From assembly GCA_965223155.1 (NCBI GenBank), contig CBDCVR010000014.1:864001-928000 (forward strand): 64,000 nucleotides of DNA, given 5' to 3'. This document shows, piece after piece, positions 32,557-41,221 of the stretch. The position numbers and the translations under genes are program-made. Each line of letters opens with the position of its first letter. Position 1 is the stretch's first letter. Source of the stretch: Candidatus Multivoradales bacterium. Its GTDB lineage: Bacteria; Acidobacteriota; Thermoanaerobaculia; Multivoradales; JAHEKO01. The notes under the pieces were generated by a model. The model ran no database searches. It was not told where the DNA came from and was given only the letters and a program-made list of their open reading frames with translations.

Positions 32557-32569
32557 CCAGGGAGATTCA

Positions 32570-32788
32570 ATGGCTACCGTACAGATCAACGCCCGAGTGG
32601 ATCCGGCACTGAAGAAGGCAATCGACGAGTACTGTCGCTCACGTGGCGTGGTCCTCAACCACTTCGTTCAGGAGGCGTTGATCGACCGCCTCGAGGAGCT
32701 CGAGGACGTCGAGGACCTCAAGAGCATCCGCCATGAGCCGACGCGCCCACTAGCTGAGGTGCTCTCCGAGCTCGATCTCGATGGCTAG
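32570..32788 (+). CDS. Ribbon-helix-helix antitoxin
   Basis: VQINARVD RHH-like N-terminus, acidic C-terminus, overlaps toxin gene. Confidence 0.8.
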   Translation: MATVQINARVDPALKKAIDEYCRSRGVVLNHFVQEALIDRLEELEDVEDLKSIRHEPTRPLAEVLSELDLDG

Positions 32789-33041
32789 CTACGCGATCGA
32801 GATCTCGAGAAGCGCAGAGAAGCAGCTCAGGAAGCTAGCCCGAGGCGAACAGGAGCGGATCGTCAGCGCGATTCTGCCACTAGCCCAGAACCCCCGCCCG
32901 CGCGGCGCCCGGAAGCTATCCGGCTACGACGACGTCTTCCGGATCCGTGTTGGGCACTATCGGGTTCTCTACAGTGTCTCGAGCGGAACCCTGGTCGTCA
33001 TCGTTTTGAAGATCGGTCACCGGCGCGACGTCTACCGATAG
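32781..33041 (+). CDS. relE: RelE/ParE family toxin
   Basis: AEKQLRKL, NPRPRGARKLSG, FRIRVGHYRVLY, IGHRRDVYR. Confidence 0.9.
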   Translation: MASYAIEISRSAEKQLRKLARGEQERIVSAILPLAQNPRPRGARKLSGYDDVFRIRVGHYRVLYSVSSGTLVVIVLKIGHRRDVYR

Positions 33042-33059
33042 CGGTCAACGGTAGAAGTA

Positions 33060-33299
33060 CCTGGCAGAACCCTGCTCGAGCTCGCCGCGCTCGTGTCCGG
33101 GGCCCTAGAGGCTGCGGGCATCGTCGCGACACTGTCGGGTGGAAGCGCCGTGTCCGCCTACACCGAGAACGGCTACGAGTCGGCGGATCTCGATTTCGTG
33201 ACGTCCGCTCTTCGGGAGACCCTCGAACCCGTCCTGCGGCCCCTGGGCTTTGTAGCTGCGCAGAATCCTCGCCTTTCGGTCGTCTTCCGGCCGAGGTGA
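33060..33299 (+). pseudogene. Truncated nucleotidyltransferase fragment
   Basis: LELAALVSGALEAAGIVATLSGGSAVSAY..SADLDFV then premature end. Confidence 0.65.
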
Positions 33300-33386
33300 T
33301 AGCACCCGCCGCCCACGAGAAGCCCCCGCCAGTCGAGCCAGACTCTGTAGGCGGCCAGGCCGTGACAGCGGTGCCGGGCCAGCCGT

Positions 33387-34025
33387 TCAGAAGTTGTAGC
33401 GGAACCCGGCCGTGAGGCTGAACGACGAGTAGTCGACCGCTATCGGCTGTGCACCGACGGCCGGCGCTGTCTCGAAGGCGCCGTCCTCCGTGGCGTAGTA
33501 GCGCAAGCTGAAGTCGACGATCCAGTGCTCGTCGACGTCGATCCCCACGCCGGCGAGGAACTGCCATGCGAACAGGGTGTCCTCCGCAGAGACGATCTGG
33601 GGGTTCTCGTCGGTGCCGAAGTCTGTCAGCTCGATCTCCGCCCAACCGATCCCGGCGCCGACATAGGGGGAGACCCGCTTGTCCTTGTTGAAGTCGTACA
33701 CGATATTGCCCATGCCGGCTTCCGATTGGACGTCACCGCGTGATCCGGCCTGATCGACTCCGTTGAGACGGTGTACATCGACGTCGGTCTCGCGGGGAGT
33801 GTCGAGCTCGCCGTCGAGGCGAAAATGTTTGAATTGGTACCCGCCCCCGACGCTCCAGAGGTACCCGTCATCGAGCAATGTCTCGATGGCGCCGGCATCG
33901 ACGTCGAACTCGATATCGTCCGCGAAGTTCGCTCCGACGAAGGCTTGCACGTACCAGCCACCGGTGGCGGCAGGAGCTGCCACGAGGGTCAAAAGCGTGA
34001 AAACTACTGATCGGACGGTTCGCAT
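33387..34025 (-). CDS. Outer membrane beta-barrel protein (opacity/porin-like)
   Basis: Signal peptide; SPYVGAGIG, FAWQFLAG, terminal GFRYNF. Confidence 0.88.
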   Translation of the reverse strand: MRTVRSVVFTLLTLVAAPAATGGWYVQAFVGANFADDIEFDVDAGAIETLLDDGYLWSVGGGYQFKHFRLDGELDTPRETDVDVHRLNGVDQAGSRGDVQSEAGMGNIVYDFNKDKRVSPYVGAGIGWAEIELTDFGTDENPQIVSAEDTLFAWQFLAGVGIDVDEHWIVDFSLRYYATEDGAFETAPAVGAQPIAVDYSSFSLTAGFRYNF

Positions 34026-34097
34026 GGGCTTCCTCCGTTTGTTGCGTGTGCCGTCCCTATGCGTTCCGAGTTGCTGCGCGGGACTAAGAATAGCAAG

Positions 34098-35381
34098 TCA
34101 ATGACCTGCGACCCAGCTCCAGAACGCCAGGTGATCCTGGTCTTTGACCAGTACGCCTCCGTCGACAGGAACGAGATGAGCCCATGTTGAGCTCTCCGCG
34201 ACCGCATAGCGCGCAAGCTCATCGTAGCTCTTGTCGTTGTCGCTCAGCACGATCAGTTCGGCCGAACCCGTGAGGGCGAGGATCGCCCCATCCACGACAA
34301 GGAGCGATGCGTAGTTTCCTGTTCGCCCGGGGCCGGTCCACAGGATCTCACCACTTGCCGCGTCCAGGCTGAAGATGCGGCCCTTGTCTTGGTGCGAAAG
34401 ACCGTAGATACGGCCATCGCTCTGAACCGGTGAGCTCATGTCCATCGCCAGCGAGTCGATCTGCCACGCCGGTTCGACCGACCAGCCGTCGGCGCCGCTC
34501 GAGGCCCGCAGCGCGATGATCCCGCGGCCCTTGCCGCTGATCACTACCAGGTCGCCGACGGACAGCGGGGTCACGATGTTGTGATGCACCATCGACTGCG
34601 GGAAAGTGTAGCGCCACCCGGGCCGACCCGTTTGTACATCGAAGCTGACGACCGCCTCTGCGCTGATCGTCACGACCTGCTGCGAGCCACCGAAAGCGGT
34701 GACGATCGCGGACGCATAGCTCGCCCCGTCGCTCGAGCCCGCCCAGACCTCTTCACCCGTCTCGACGTCGAACGCGATCACGCCACCGTCCTTGCCGCCG
34801 AAGTTGGAAATTACCCGCGAGCCATTCACCAGTGGAGATGCCGCCGCGCCGAAGTGTGGCAATGTCTTCTTGAAGCGATCTGCGAAGTCCTCCCGCCACA
34901 ACAGCTCGCCGCTGTCGGCGGCCCAGGCCGAGAGCACGCCGGTGATGCTGGTCGTAAACAGCCTCTCACCGTCGTAGGCGGGGCTGGCCTTGGGACCCGG
35001 CCCATGGCGACCCGAACCCATCCGGGGATTGAACGGCACGGCGTAGCGCTGGCTCCACAGAACCCCGCCACTGGCCAGCTCCAGGGCGCGTACCACCTCG
35101 TGCCCATCCTCACGGGACTGGACGAACACCCTGCCTCCGGCAACCACCGGAGCGGAGTAACCCGAGCCGACGCGGACCCTCCAGCGCCGCTGGAGCTCCT
35201 CGGGCCAGGCTTCGGGTACCGTGAACCCCACCGCGGTTCCGTCGCGTTCGGGACCGCGCCAGCCGGGCCAATCCGCGGCCCCGGCCAGACTCAGTTCTTC
35301 CCCATGCGCGAAAGAGGACCCCAAGGCAACCGCTACTGCGGCAATCGCCCAGATCGTTGATCTCCAGGTCGTGGGTCTCAT
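34098..35381 (-). CDS. PQQ-binding-like beta-propeller repeat protein
   Basis: DWPGWRGPERDG, GYSAPVV, repeated ..G..LW blades. Confidence 0.88.
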   Translation of the reverse strand: MRPTTWRSTIWAIAAVAVALGSSFAHGEELSLAGAADWPGWRGPERDGTAVGFTVPEAWPEELQRRWRVRVGSGYSAPVVAGGRVFVQSREDGHEVVRALELASGGVLWSQRYAVPFNPRMGSGRHGPGPKASPAYDGERLFTTSITGVLSAWAADSGELLWREDFADRFKKTLPHFGAAASPLVNGSRVISNFGGKDGGVIAFDVETGEEVWAGSSDGASYASAIVTAFGGSQQVVTISAEAVVSFDVQTGRPGWRYTFPQSMVHHNIVTPLSVGDLVVISGKGRGIIALRASSGADGWSVEPAWQIDSLAMDMSSPVQSDGRIYGLSHQDKGRIFSLDAASGEILWTGPGRTGNYASLLVVDGAILALTGSAELIVLSDNDKSYDELARYAVAESSTWAHLVPVDGGVLVKDQDHLAFWSWVAGH

Positions 35382-35625
35382 CCGTATCAGTGCTTCAGCG
35401 CCAGCGTTCCCACCTATGTCTGCTCCTTCGTTCGTCCGTGGCTCGCCGATGCTACCGCCATGCGTTGCCACCACCGCGAGCCCCAGCGCTCGAGGAGGGC
35501 ACCGAAGGCCTCGAGCCGAAGGCGGCATCGGCAGCAGGAATCGCTCCGAGTGACCGAGCCGAAGGCGAGGGAACGACGACCGCGTACCCAGGCGGTTCCG
35601 TCCATCTCCTCGCGACGCCAGCAAA

Positions 35626-35718
35626 TGGCGGAAGCGCATGGGTCGCTCTAGCGCGCCCGAGCCACAGGCGAGGACGCGACGACCGATGAGCATGCGCGTC
35701 CGGTGTCTGCGGAGCAGA
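35626..35718 (-). repeat. 93-bp tRNA-Sec-3'-end repeat (array B); degenerate extra unit about 35537-35582
   Basis: Same unit as arrays A and C. Confidence 0.9.
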
Positions 35719-35786
35719 TGGCGGAAGCGCATGGGAATCGAAGCCACTCCCGACGTGGCATCCCACGCCGGACTACGGTCTTGAAG
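35719..35786 (-). mobile_element. Displaced selC 3' fragment B (att-like junction)
   Basis: 68-bp match to 41115-41182. Confidence 0.9.
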
Positions 35787-35963
35787 ATTGCCGGGATCCA
35801 ACTGACGACAACTGTCGGCAGCTGACAACCACAGACGCACAAGGTAGTTGCGAGGCGTCGTGTTGATGAGGATTGCTGAGCCGAACGGCCGGAGGTTGGC
35901 GTCTATTGCACCACCAGCGCACCGTAAGAACCGCTGTTCGGACGCTAGAGTCGGCCTGACTTG
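35787..35963. promoter_or_regulatory. Conserved att-arm-like module B plus kinase-type promoter
   Basis: CAAC +13/+23; TGCACCA 35907 and CGCACCG 35918; TAGAGT-N9-TTG 35946-35963. Confidence 0.75.
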
Positions 35964-36154
35964 CGCATCAGACGGGCCTCACTCGCTTCGCTCGCTGAGC
36001 CGAACTTGCGAACACCAGCTTCAAGCCGCCAGGGGCGCAGGCCATAGGCCAACTCGGTCAAATCGCAGGCGATTCTCAGGTTCTCAGAATCGAGTGGTCT
36101 CAGTCTTCTGGGACCAGGCATCTCAGCCACGGACGTGTACTTGGTAACAGGCAC
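35945..36154 (-). CDS. Small protein downstream of nucleotidyltransferase
   Basis: MPVTKYTSVAEM..GVRKFGS; abuts NTase stop. Confidence 0.65.
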   Translation of the reverse strand: MPVTKYTSVAEMPGPRRLRPLDSENLRIACDLTELAYGLRPWRLEAGVRKFGSASEASEARLMRKSGRL

Positions 36155-36637
36155 CTACGAGCTCTCCTCGTCCAGATCGAAGGCCTCGCGAATCCTCGCG
36201 GCGTCCGCGCGATCCTGGGGACGCACGGTATCCCGCTTCATGCGGTACAGCATTCGGGGGCTGGCGACACGAACCTTCAGATCCCCCAGGTCGATCTCCT
36301 CACTCCCCGACGCGAGATCCTCCCACGAGAAAGCCTCCCCGAGCCGGGTCAAGAAGTCCAGCGAATACCGACCGTGCGGTGGAACGTACTCGACTGCCGG
36401 ATACCTGCCCGCAAGCTCCTGAGGGTCGATTTCATCGATGCTGGAATCGTCGAAGAGAGACTTCAGAGCCCGCTTCAGAGCTTCGAGATTGTCGAGCGCT
36501 GGCGCCACGAAAAGATCCAGATCCTGAGTCGCTCGTGGAAGGCCCTGCGCCGCCATCGCCATCGAACCGATGACGACGAAGTCGACGCCCTCGTTCACCA
36601 AGGCTGTCAATACGGCCTTGACTTCTTCAAATGTCAC
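36155..36637 (-). CDS. Nucleotidyltransferase family protein
   Basis: VVIGSMAM..GLPRATQDLDLF, MKRDTVRPQDRAD. Confidence 0.85.
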   Translation of the reverse strand: MTFEEVKAVLTALVNEGVDFVVIGSMAMAAQGLPRATQDLDLFVAPALDNLEALKRALKSLFDDSSIDEIDPQELAGRYPAVEYVPPHGRYSLDFLTRLGEAFSWEDLASGSEEIDLGDLKVRVASPRMLYRMKRDTVRPQDRADAARIREAFDLDEESS

Positions 36638-36763
36638 AACATTCCCTCATAGCCATTGTATTTCAGGGCTTCTGACGATAGCTCTGGGCTCAGCCTGGCA
36701 CAGCCCGGCACGCAGTCGCTCCGGGCACGATTGTGGCCTTCGCGGTGGTCGGTCTGAAGCGAA

Positions 36764-37042
36764 CGGCGGAAGCGCATGGGTCACTCTAGAGCGCCCGAGC
36801 CACAGGCGAGGACGCGACGACCGATGAGCATGCGCATCCGCTGTCTGCGGAGCAAATGGCGGAAGCGCATGGGTCACTCTAGAGCGCCCGAGCCACAGGC
36901 GAGGACGCGACGACCGATGAGCATGCGCATCCGCTGTCTGCGGAGCAAGTGGCGGAAGCGCATGGGTCGCTCTAGAGCGCCCGAGCCGCAGGCGAGGACG
37001 CGACGACCGATGAGCATGCGCGTCCGCTGTCTGTGGAGCAGA
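36764..37042 (-). repeat. Three tandem 93-bp tRNA-Sec-3'-end repeats (array C)
   Basis: Units start 36764, 36857, 36950; period 93. Confidence 0.95.
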
Positions 37043-37110
37043 TGGCGGAAGCGCATGGGAATCGAACCCACCCCCGACGTGGCATCCCACGCCAGACAAC
37101 GGTCTTGAAG
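37043..37110 (-). mobile_element. Displaced selC 3' fragment C (att-like junction)
   Basis: 68-bp match to 41115-41182. Confidence 0.9.
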
Positions 37111-37248
37111 GCTGGCGCGATCCAACTCGCCACAACTGTCGCCAACAGATAGCCACAGAAGATCGAGTTGGATGTGGGCCGCTGGCCTGTTGGCGACTGT
37201 TGAACACAGTGGTCAGGAGTTGCCGTCTACTGCACCAGGAGTGCACCA
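37111..37248. promoter_or_regulatory. Conserved att-arm-like module C
   Basis: CAAC +13/+23/+33; GTTG +79/+89/+109; TGCACCA at 37231 and 37242. Confidence 0.75.
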
Positions 37249-37284
37249 TGAAGAACAGCATGCTATCCGTGCTATCATGCTCCC

Positions 37285-37578
37285 GTGATCCGCTCTTTCG
37301 GAGATGTCGGCACCGAAGACATCTTCAATGGGCGTAACACCAAAGCCGCGAGGCGAACCTGCCCTCGGAATCTCTGGCAGGTAGCAGTGCGGAAGCTGGA
37401 GCAACTCGACTCCGCCGAGAATCTCGATGACCTCAGGGTGCCGCCGGGCAACCGACTCGAGGCCCTGACCGGCAACCGAAGTGGGCAATTCAGTGTTCGG
37501 ATCAACAGTCAGTACAGGGTCTGCTTCGCCTGGTCCGAAGCGGGTCCTGATGAAGTCGAAGTTGTCGATTATCACTAG
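37285..37578 (+). CDS. higB: HigB-type (RelE-fold) toxin
   Basis: MIRSF, RKL..LD.A..L.DLRVPPGNRLEAL.G.R.GQFSVRINSQYRVCF; TATCAT-6nt-GTG. Confidence 0.92.
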   Translation: MIRSFGDVGTEDIFNGRNTKAARRTCPRNLWQVAVRKLEQLDSAENLDDLRVPPGNRLEALTGNRSGQFSVRINSQYRVCFAWSEAGPDEVEVVDYH

Positions 37579-37590
37579 GGAATAGCCATC

Positions 37591-37905
37591 ATGGTCCGAG
37601 TACCCACACATCGCACACCGACTCATCCCGGGGAAATGCTCCTGGAGGAGTTCCTCAAGCCGATGAAGATGAGCCAGAGCGATCTCGCCAAGAAGATCCA
37701 TGTCCCCTACCAGCGGATCAACGAGCTGGTGAACGGCAAGCGCGGCATCACGCCGGCTACCGCCCTTCGGCTCGCCAAGTTCTTCGGGATGTCGGCCGGG
37801 TTCTGGATGAACCTCCAGCTCCGCTGGGACTTGTTTCACGCTCAGCGAGCTGAAGCCGAGGAACTGAAGAGGATTCGAAAGATCCGCCGGCCAGTCGGAG
37901 TGTGA
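37591..37905 (+). CDS. higA: HigA antitoxin (HTH)
   Basis: PTHPGEML.EEFL.P, RINELVNGKRGIT..TALRL..FWMNLQ. Confidence 0.93.
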   Translation: MVRVPTHRTPTHPGEMLLEEFLKPMKMSQSDLAKKIHVPYQRINELVNGKRGITPATALRLAKFFGMSAGFWMNLQLRWDLFHAQRAEAEELKRIRKIRRPVGV

Positions 37906-38071
37906 GGTAGCAGCGGCCCCCGCACCAGGACTACGACTTCACCTTCCCAAGGGAGGTCGCAAGGGGCAGTGGGCAAGTCGCAATCCAACAGGTGACAACG
38001 GCCGGCAACTCGTAACCACTGCTGTACAGAGAGGTTGCGACCTGCGAACCGCCGGTTGAGTCGGACATCGA

Positions 38072-40908
38072 TTACGCCGCCTCCCGTGCCTCCAACTGCT
38101 CGAGCACCGCTTGCCTCTGGCGCTCGCGCTCGCGGTCCCAGTCGGCAATGATCTCCTTGAAGGATGGGTCGTCGAGAAGCACGCGAAAAGTAGGATCGAG
38201 GCTCGGGTTGACCGCGATCCAGCGGGCTTCGACCAGCTCGCGCCACACGTCGATCGCTTCCTCCTCACGACCCTCGAGGACAAGCACCCTCGCCCGTGCA
38301 AGTTGCATCTGCGGATGCACGACTCCGGCCGCGCGAGCCTCGTCACAGTACGCCCTGAGCTCGGTGAGCAAAGCCTCGGCTCCAGCCGAGTCGCCCGTCG
38401 CCCGTCGAGCCTGGATGAGCCAAACCGCGCCCTGATCCCAAAACGCAGCAAAGAGAGCCCGACGTGCCCTACCGTCTTGTCCGCCAGCGGCTCGAGGTAG
38501 CCGCGGGCGGCCTCGGCATCGCCCGCCCAGAGGTGAGCTCGCCCTGCCATTTCGGACGAGAAGGTGCTCGGATGCTCTCGAGCCCAGGTGCGAGCGAACG
38601 CGGCGGCCTCCGCGAATCGACCCGCTTCTTGCAGAGACACGACTCTTTCGAGGGGTCCCGTCCTGAGCTCTTGCGCTCGGTCGAAGAGTCCCAAGATGCT
38701 GTAGAGGTAGCTCAGGAAGCGTCCGATGGAGGCGTCCTCGGGTGCCAGCTCCAGCGCCCGCAGTAAGCCCTTGTGCTGTTCATCCCCGTGCCCCCTTATC
38801 CGGTGGAGCGCCGTCAGGGCCTTGTAGCTCGCCGCGTCTCCCCGGACTCGGACCAGCCTCTCCGCCGTTTCGCGAGCCTCGTCGTAGCGGCCCCTCCAGC
38901 TCGCCACAACGACCCAGTTCTGGACCGCCACATAGGACAGCGGATCCAGGGCCACCGCCCGCTTCAAAGCGGCGAACCCTTCGTCGTAACGGTTGAGATC
39001 GACCAACGACTGCGCTCGCCAAAGTACCGCTCGCGCCATGTTGGGGCTCTTCGCGAGAGCCCTATCGAACGTCGCAACGGCTTCTTCGTGAAGTTCCCGA
39101 TTCTTGAACAAGAGTCCCTCGGCGACCTGGACCTCCGGCGAGTCCGGAGCCAGCAACCGGGCGCGCTCGATCAGAGGCTCGACCCGCGCGATCGCCTCGG
39201 TCAGCGGGATGTCACCGTAGTGGCCGGGGGTGTCCTGCAGAAGAAGGGTCGTCTCCACCAGCGCAGCGTAGGCCGGCGCGTACTCGGGGTCGAGCGCGAT
39301 CGCTGTCTCGAAAGACCCAAGGGCCTGCTCCAAAGGCTTCTGACCACGCTTCTCCATCAAGTAACGGCCCTCCAGATAGGCGCTATAGGCCTCCGTACTC
39401 GCGCTCCGCACCGCCTCCGGAGCCTCGGCCGCGAGCCCCAGCTTCTCCTCGAGCGCCGCGACGATCGAACGTGCGATCTCGTCCTGGATCGCGAACACGT
39501 CCTCAAGCTCACGGTCGTAGGTGTCCGACCACAGGTGAAAGCCCGAGTCGGCGTCGATCAACTGGGCGGTGATCCGGAGCGTCGTGCCGGCCTTGCGCAC
39601 GCTTCCCTCGAGGACGTTCTCCACCTCCAGGGCCTCGGCGATCTTCTTGACATCCTCGTTCTTGCCCTTGAACGCGAACGACGACGTGCGAGCGGCGACC
39701 TTCAGACCCGGGAGCCTGGCCAGGAGATTCAACAGCTCCTCCGAGATCCCGTCCGAGAAATACTCCTGATCGCGCTGCGGGCTCATATCGGCGAAGGGGA
39801 GCACCGCGATCGAGGCGTGGCCGGCCTCGACGGCGGCCTGACCGGCGGTCTCTCTGGGCGAGTCTCTTCCCGTGCCGAACCAGAAACCGGCTGCGAGCGC
39901 TACGGCCAGGGCTGCCGCTCCCAGCCCGATCCAGAGACTCCGACTCGAAGGCGTCGCGCTCGACTCGGTCGTTGAAGCCTGTGCGCGTTCCGGAGCCGCT
40001 GGCCCGGCCGCCGCTGGAGCCGTGACCGACACAGATGCAGCGACGGCATCCCGCTGCAGCCTGCTGAGGTCGGCTTTGAGTTCGGAGGCGTGCTGGTACC
40101 GAAGCGTCTTGTCCTTCTCGAGCGCCTTGTCGAGGATGCGTTCGAGCTCGTCGGGCAGATCCGGGTTGATGCGGACCGGGGCGGTCGGGGCCTCGCTCAG
40201 AATCCGATTGAAGATCGCCCCGGCGGTCTTGCCAGCGAAGGGCTGCTTGCCCGTCGTCATTTCGTAGAGCACAACTCCCAGCGAGAAGAGATCGGTTCGC
40301 GCGTCGAGCTCCTCTCCGCGCACCTGCTCGGGCGACATGTAGGCAACTGTGCCGATCGCAGTGCCGGGAGTCGTCAACTGCTCGCGAGCCGGCTCGGTCT
40401 CGGCATCTTCGGAGTGGGACTCCCGTCGTGCCCGGTCTTCGCTCACCTTGGCGAGCCCGAAGTCGAGCACTTTGGCGTCACCGCGGCGGGTCAGGAACAG
40501 ATTCGCCGGCTTGAGGTCGCGATGGACTATGCCTGCACCGTGCGCTGCGTCCAAGGCATCCGCCACCTGAGCACCGAGTCGGACTACCTGCTCGACGGAC
40601 ATTGGCTCGCCGCTGATCCGGTACTTCAGGGTCTGGCCGTCCATCAGCTCCATGACGATGAAGGCGCGGCCCTCCTCCTCCCCCAACTCGTGGACCGTGC
40701 AGATGTGCGGGTGGTTGAGCGCCGATGCCGCCCGGGCCTCGCGCTTAAAACGCGCCAGCGCTTCGGGATCCTCGGCCAGTTCGTCAGGTAGGAACTTGAG
40801 TGCCACCCGCCGGCGCAGCGTCAAGTCCTCCGCCTGAAACACCACTCCCATCCCGCCACCACCGAGCTTCTCCAAGATCTTGTAATGGGAGACAGTGGTT
40901 CCAATCAT
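38072..40908 (-). pseudogene. Ser/Thr protein kinase 6 (kinase + TM + TolB-N-like + TPR), frameshifted near 38455
   Basis: Intact kinase motifs; family-typical C-terminus ([18 protein letters not shown]) lies in another frame ending at TAA 38072. Confidence 0.8.
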
Positions 40909-41018
40909 GGGACCCGTCCTGTCGGGAGACTCCTTTCTCGTCAGGTTGCTCGAATTCTAGCGGAGCGGTGTCTTCGCAAACCAACGGAGGAACCTCACTT
41001 ACCGCCTTGGCGGCGAAA

Positions 41019-41114
41019 TGGCGGAAGCGCATGGGAATCGCTCTAGAGCAGCGTCGCCGTCAGGCGGCGGTGCGACGACCGATGACCATGCGACTCGGCC
41101 ATTCGCATAGCGAA
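41019..41114 (-). repeat. 96-bp divergent version of the tRNA-3'-end repeat directly downstream of selC
   Basis: Shares TGGCGGAAGCGCATGGG, GCTCTAGAGC and GCGACGACCGATGA blocks. Confidence 0.88.
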
Positions 41115-41214
41115 TGGCGGAAGCGCATGGGAATCGAACCCACCCCCGACGTGGCATCCCACGCCGGACTACGGTTTTGAAGACCGCGGGAGGCACCAGC
41201 CCCCGAGCGCTTCC
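41115..41214 (-). tRNA. selC: tRNA-Sec (anticodon UCA)
   Basis: 8-bp acceptor GGAAGCGC/GCGCTTCC, 6-bp D stem with 4-nt loop, loop CTTCAAA, long variable arm, 5-bp T stem with TTCGATT, G73 and CCA. Confidence 0.97.
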
Positions 41215-41221
41215 GCGGGGG

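Noticed and set aside
36764-37110. 93-bp repeats as a CRISPR array
   Set aside because: The whole unit repeats, so there are no unique spacers; no cas genes are in the window; the repeat derives from the tRNA 3' end
30814-37110. Displaced selC copies as extra tRNA genes
   Set aside because: They lack the 5' acceptor strand, D arm and 5' anticodon stem
30517-37261. ORFs crossing the repeats (30537..31118, 36647..37261, 36776..37108, N-terminal extension of 34098..35840)
   Set aside because: Repeat period is a multiple of 3 with few stops; both strands are open and the peptides look non-coding
37939-38450. C-terminal tail of the 989-aa ORF as real protein
   Set aside because: Out-of-frame run-on after the frameshift; the family-typical C-terminus is in the 38072..38371 frame
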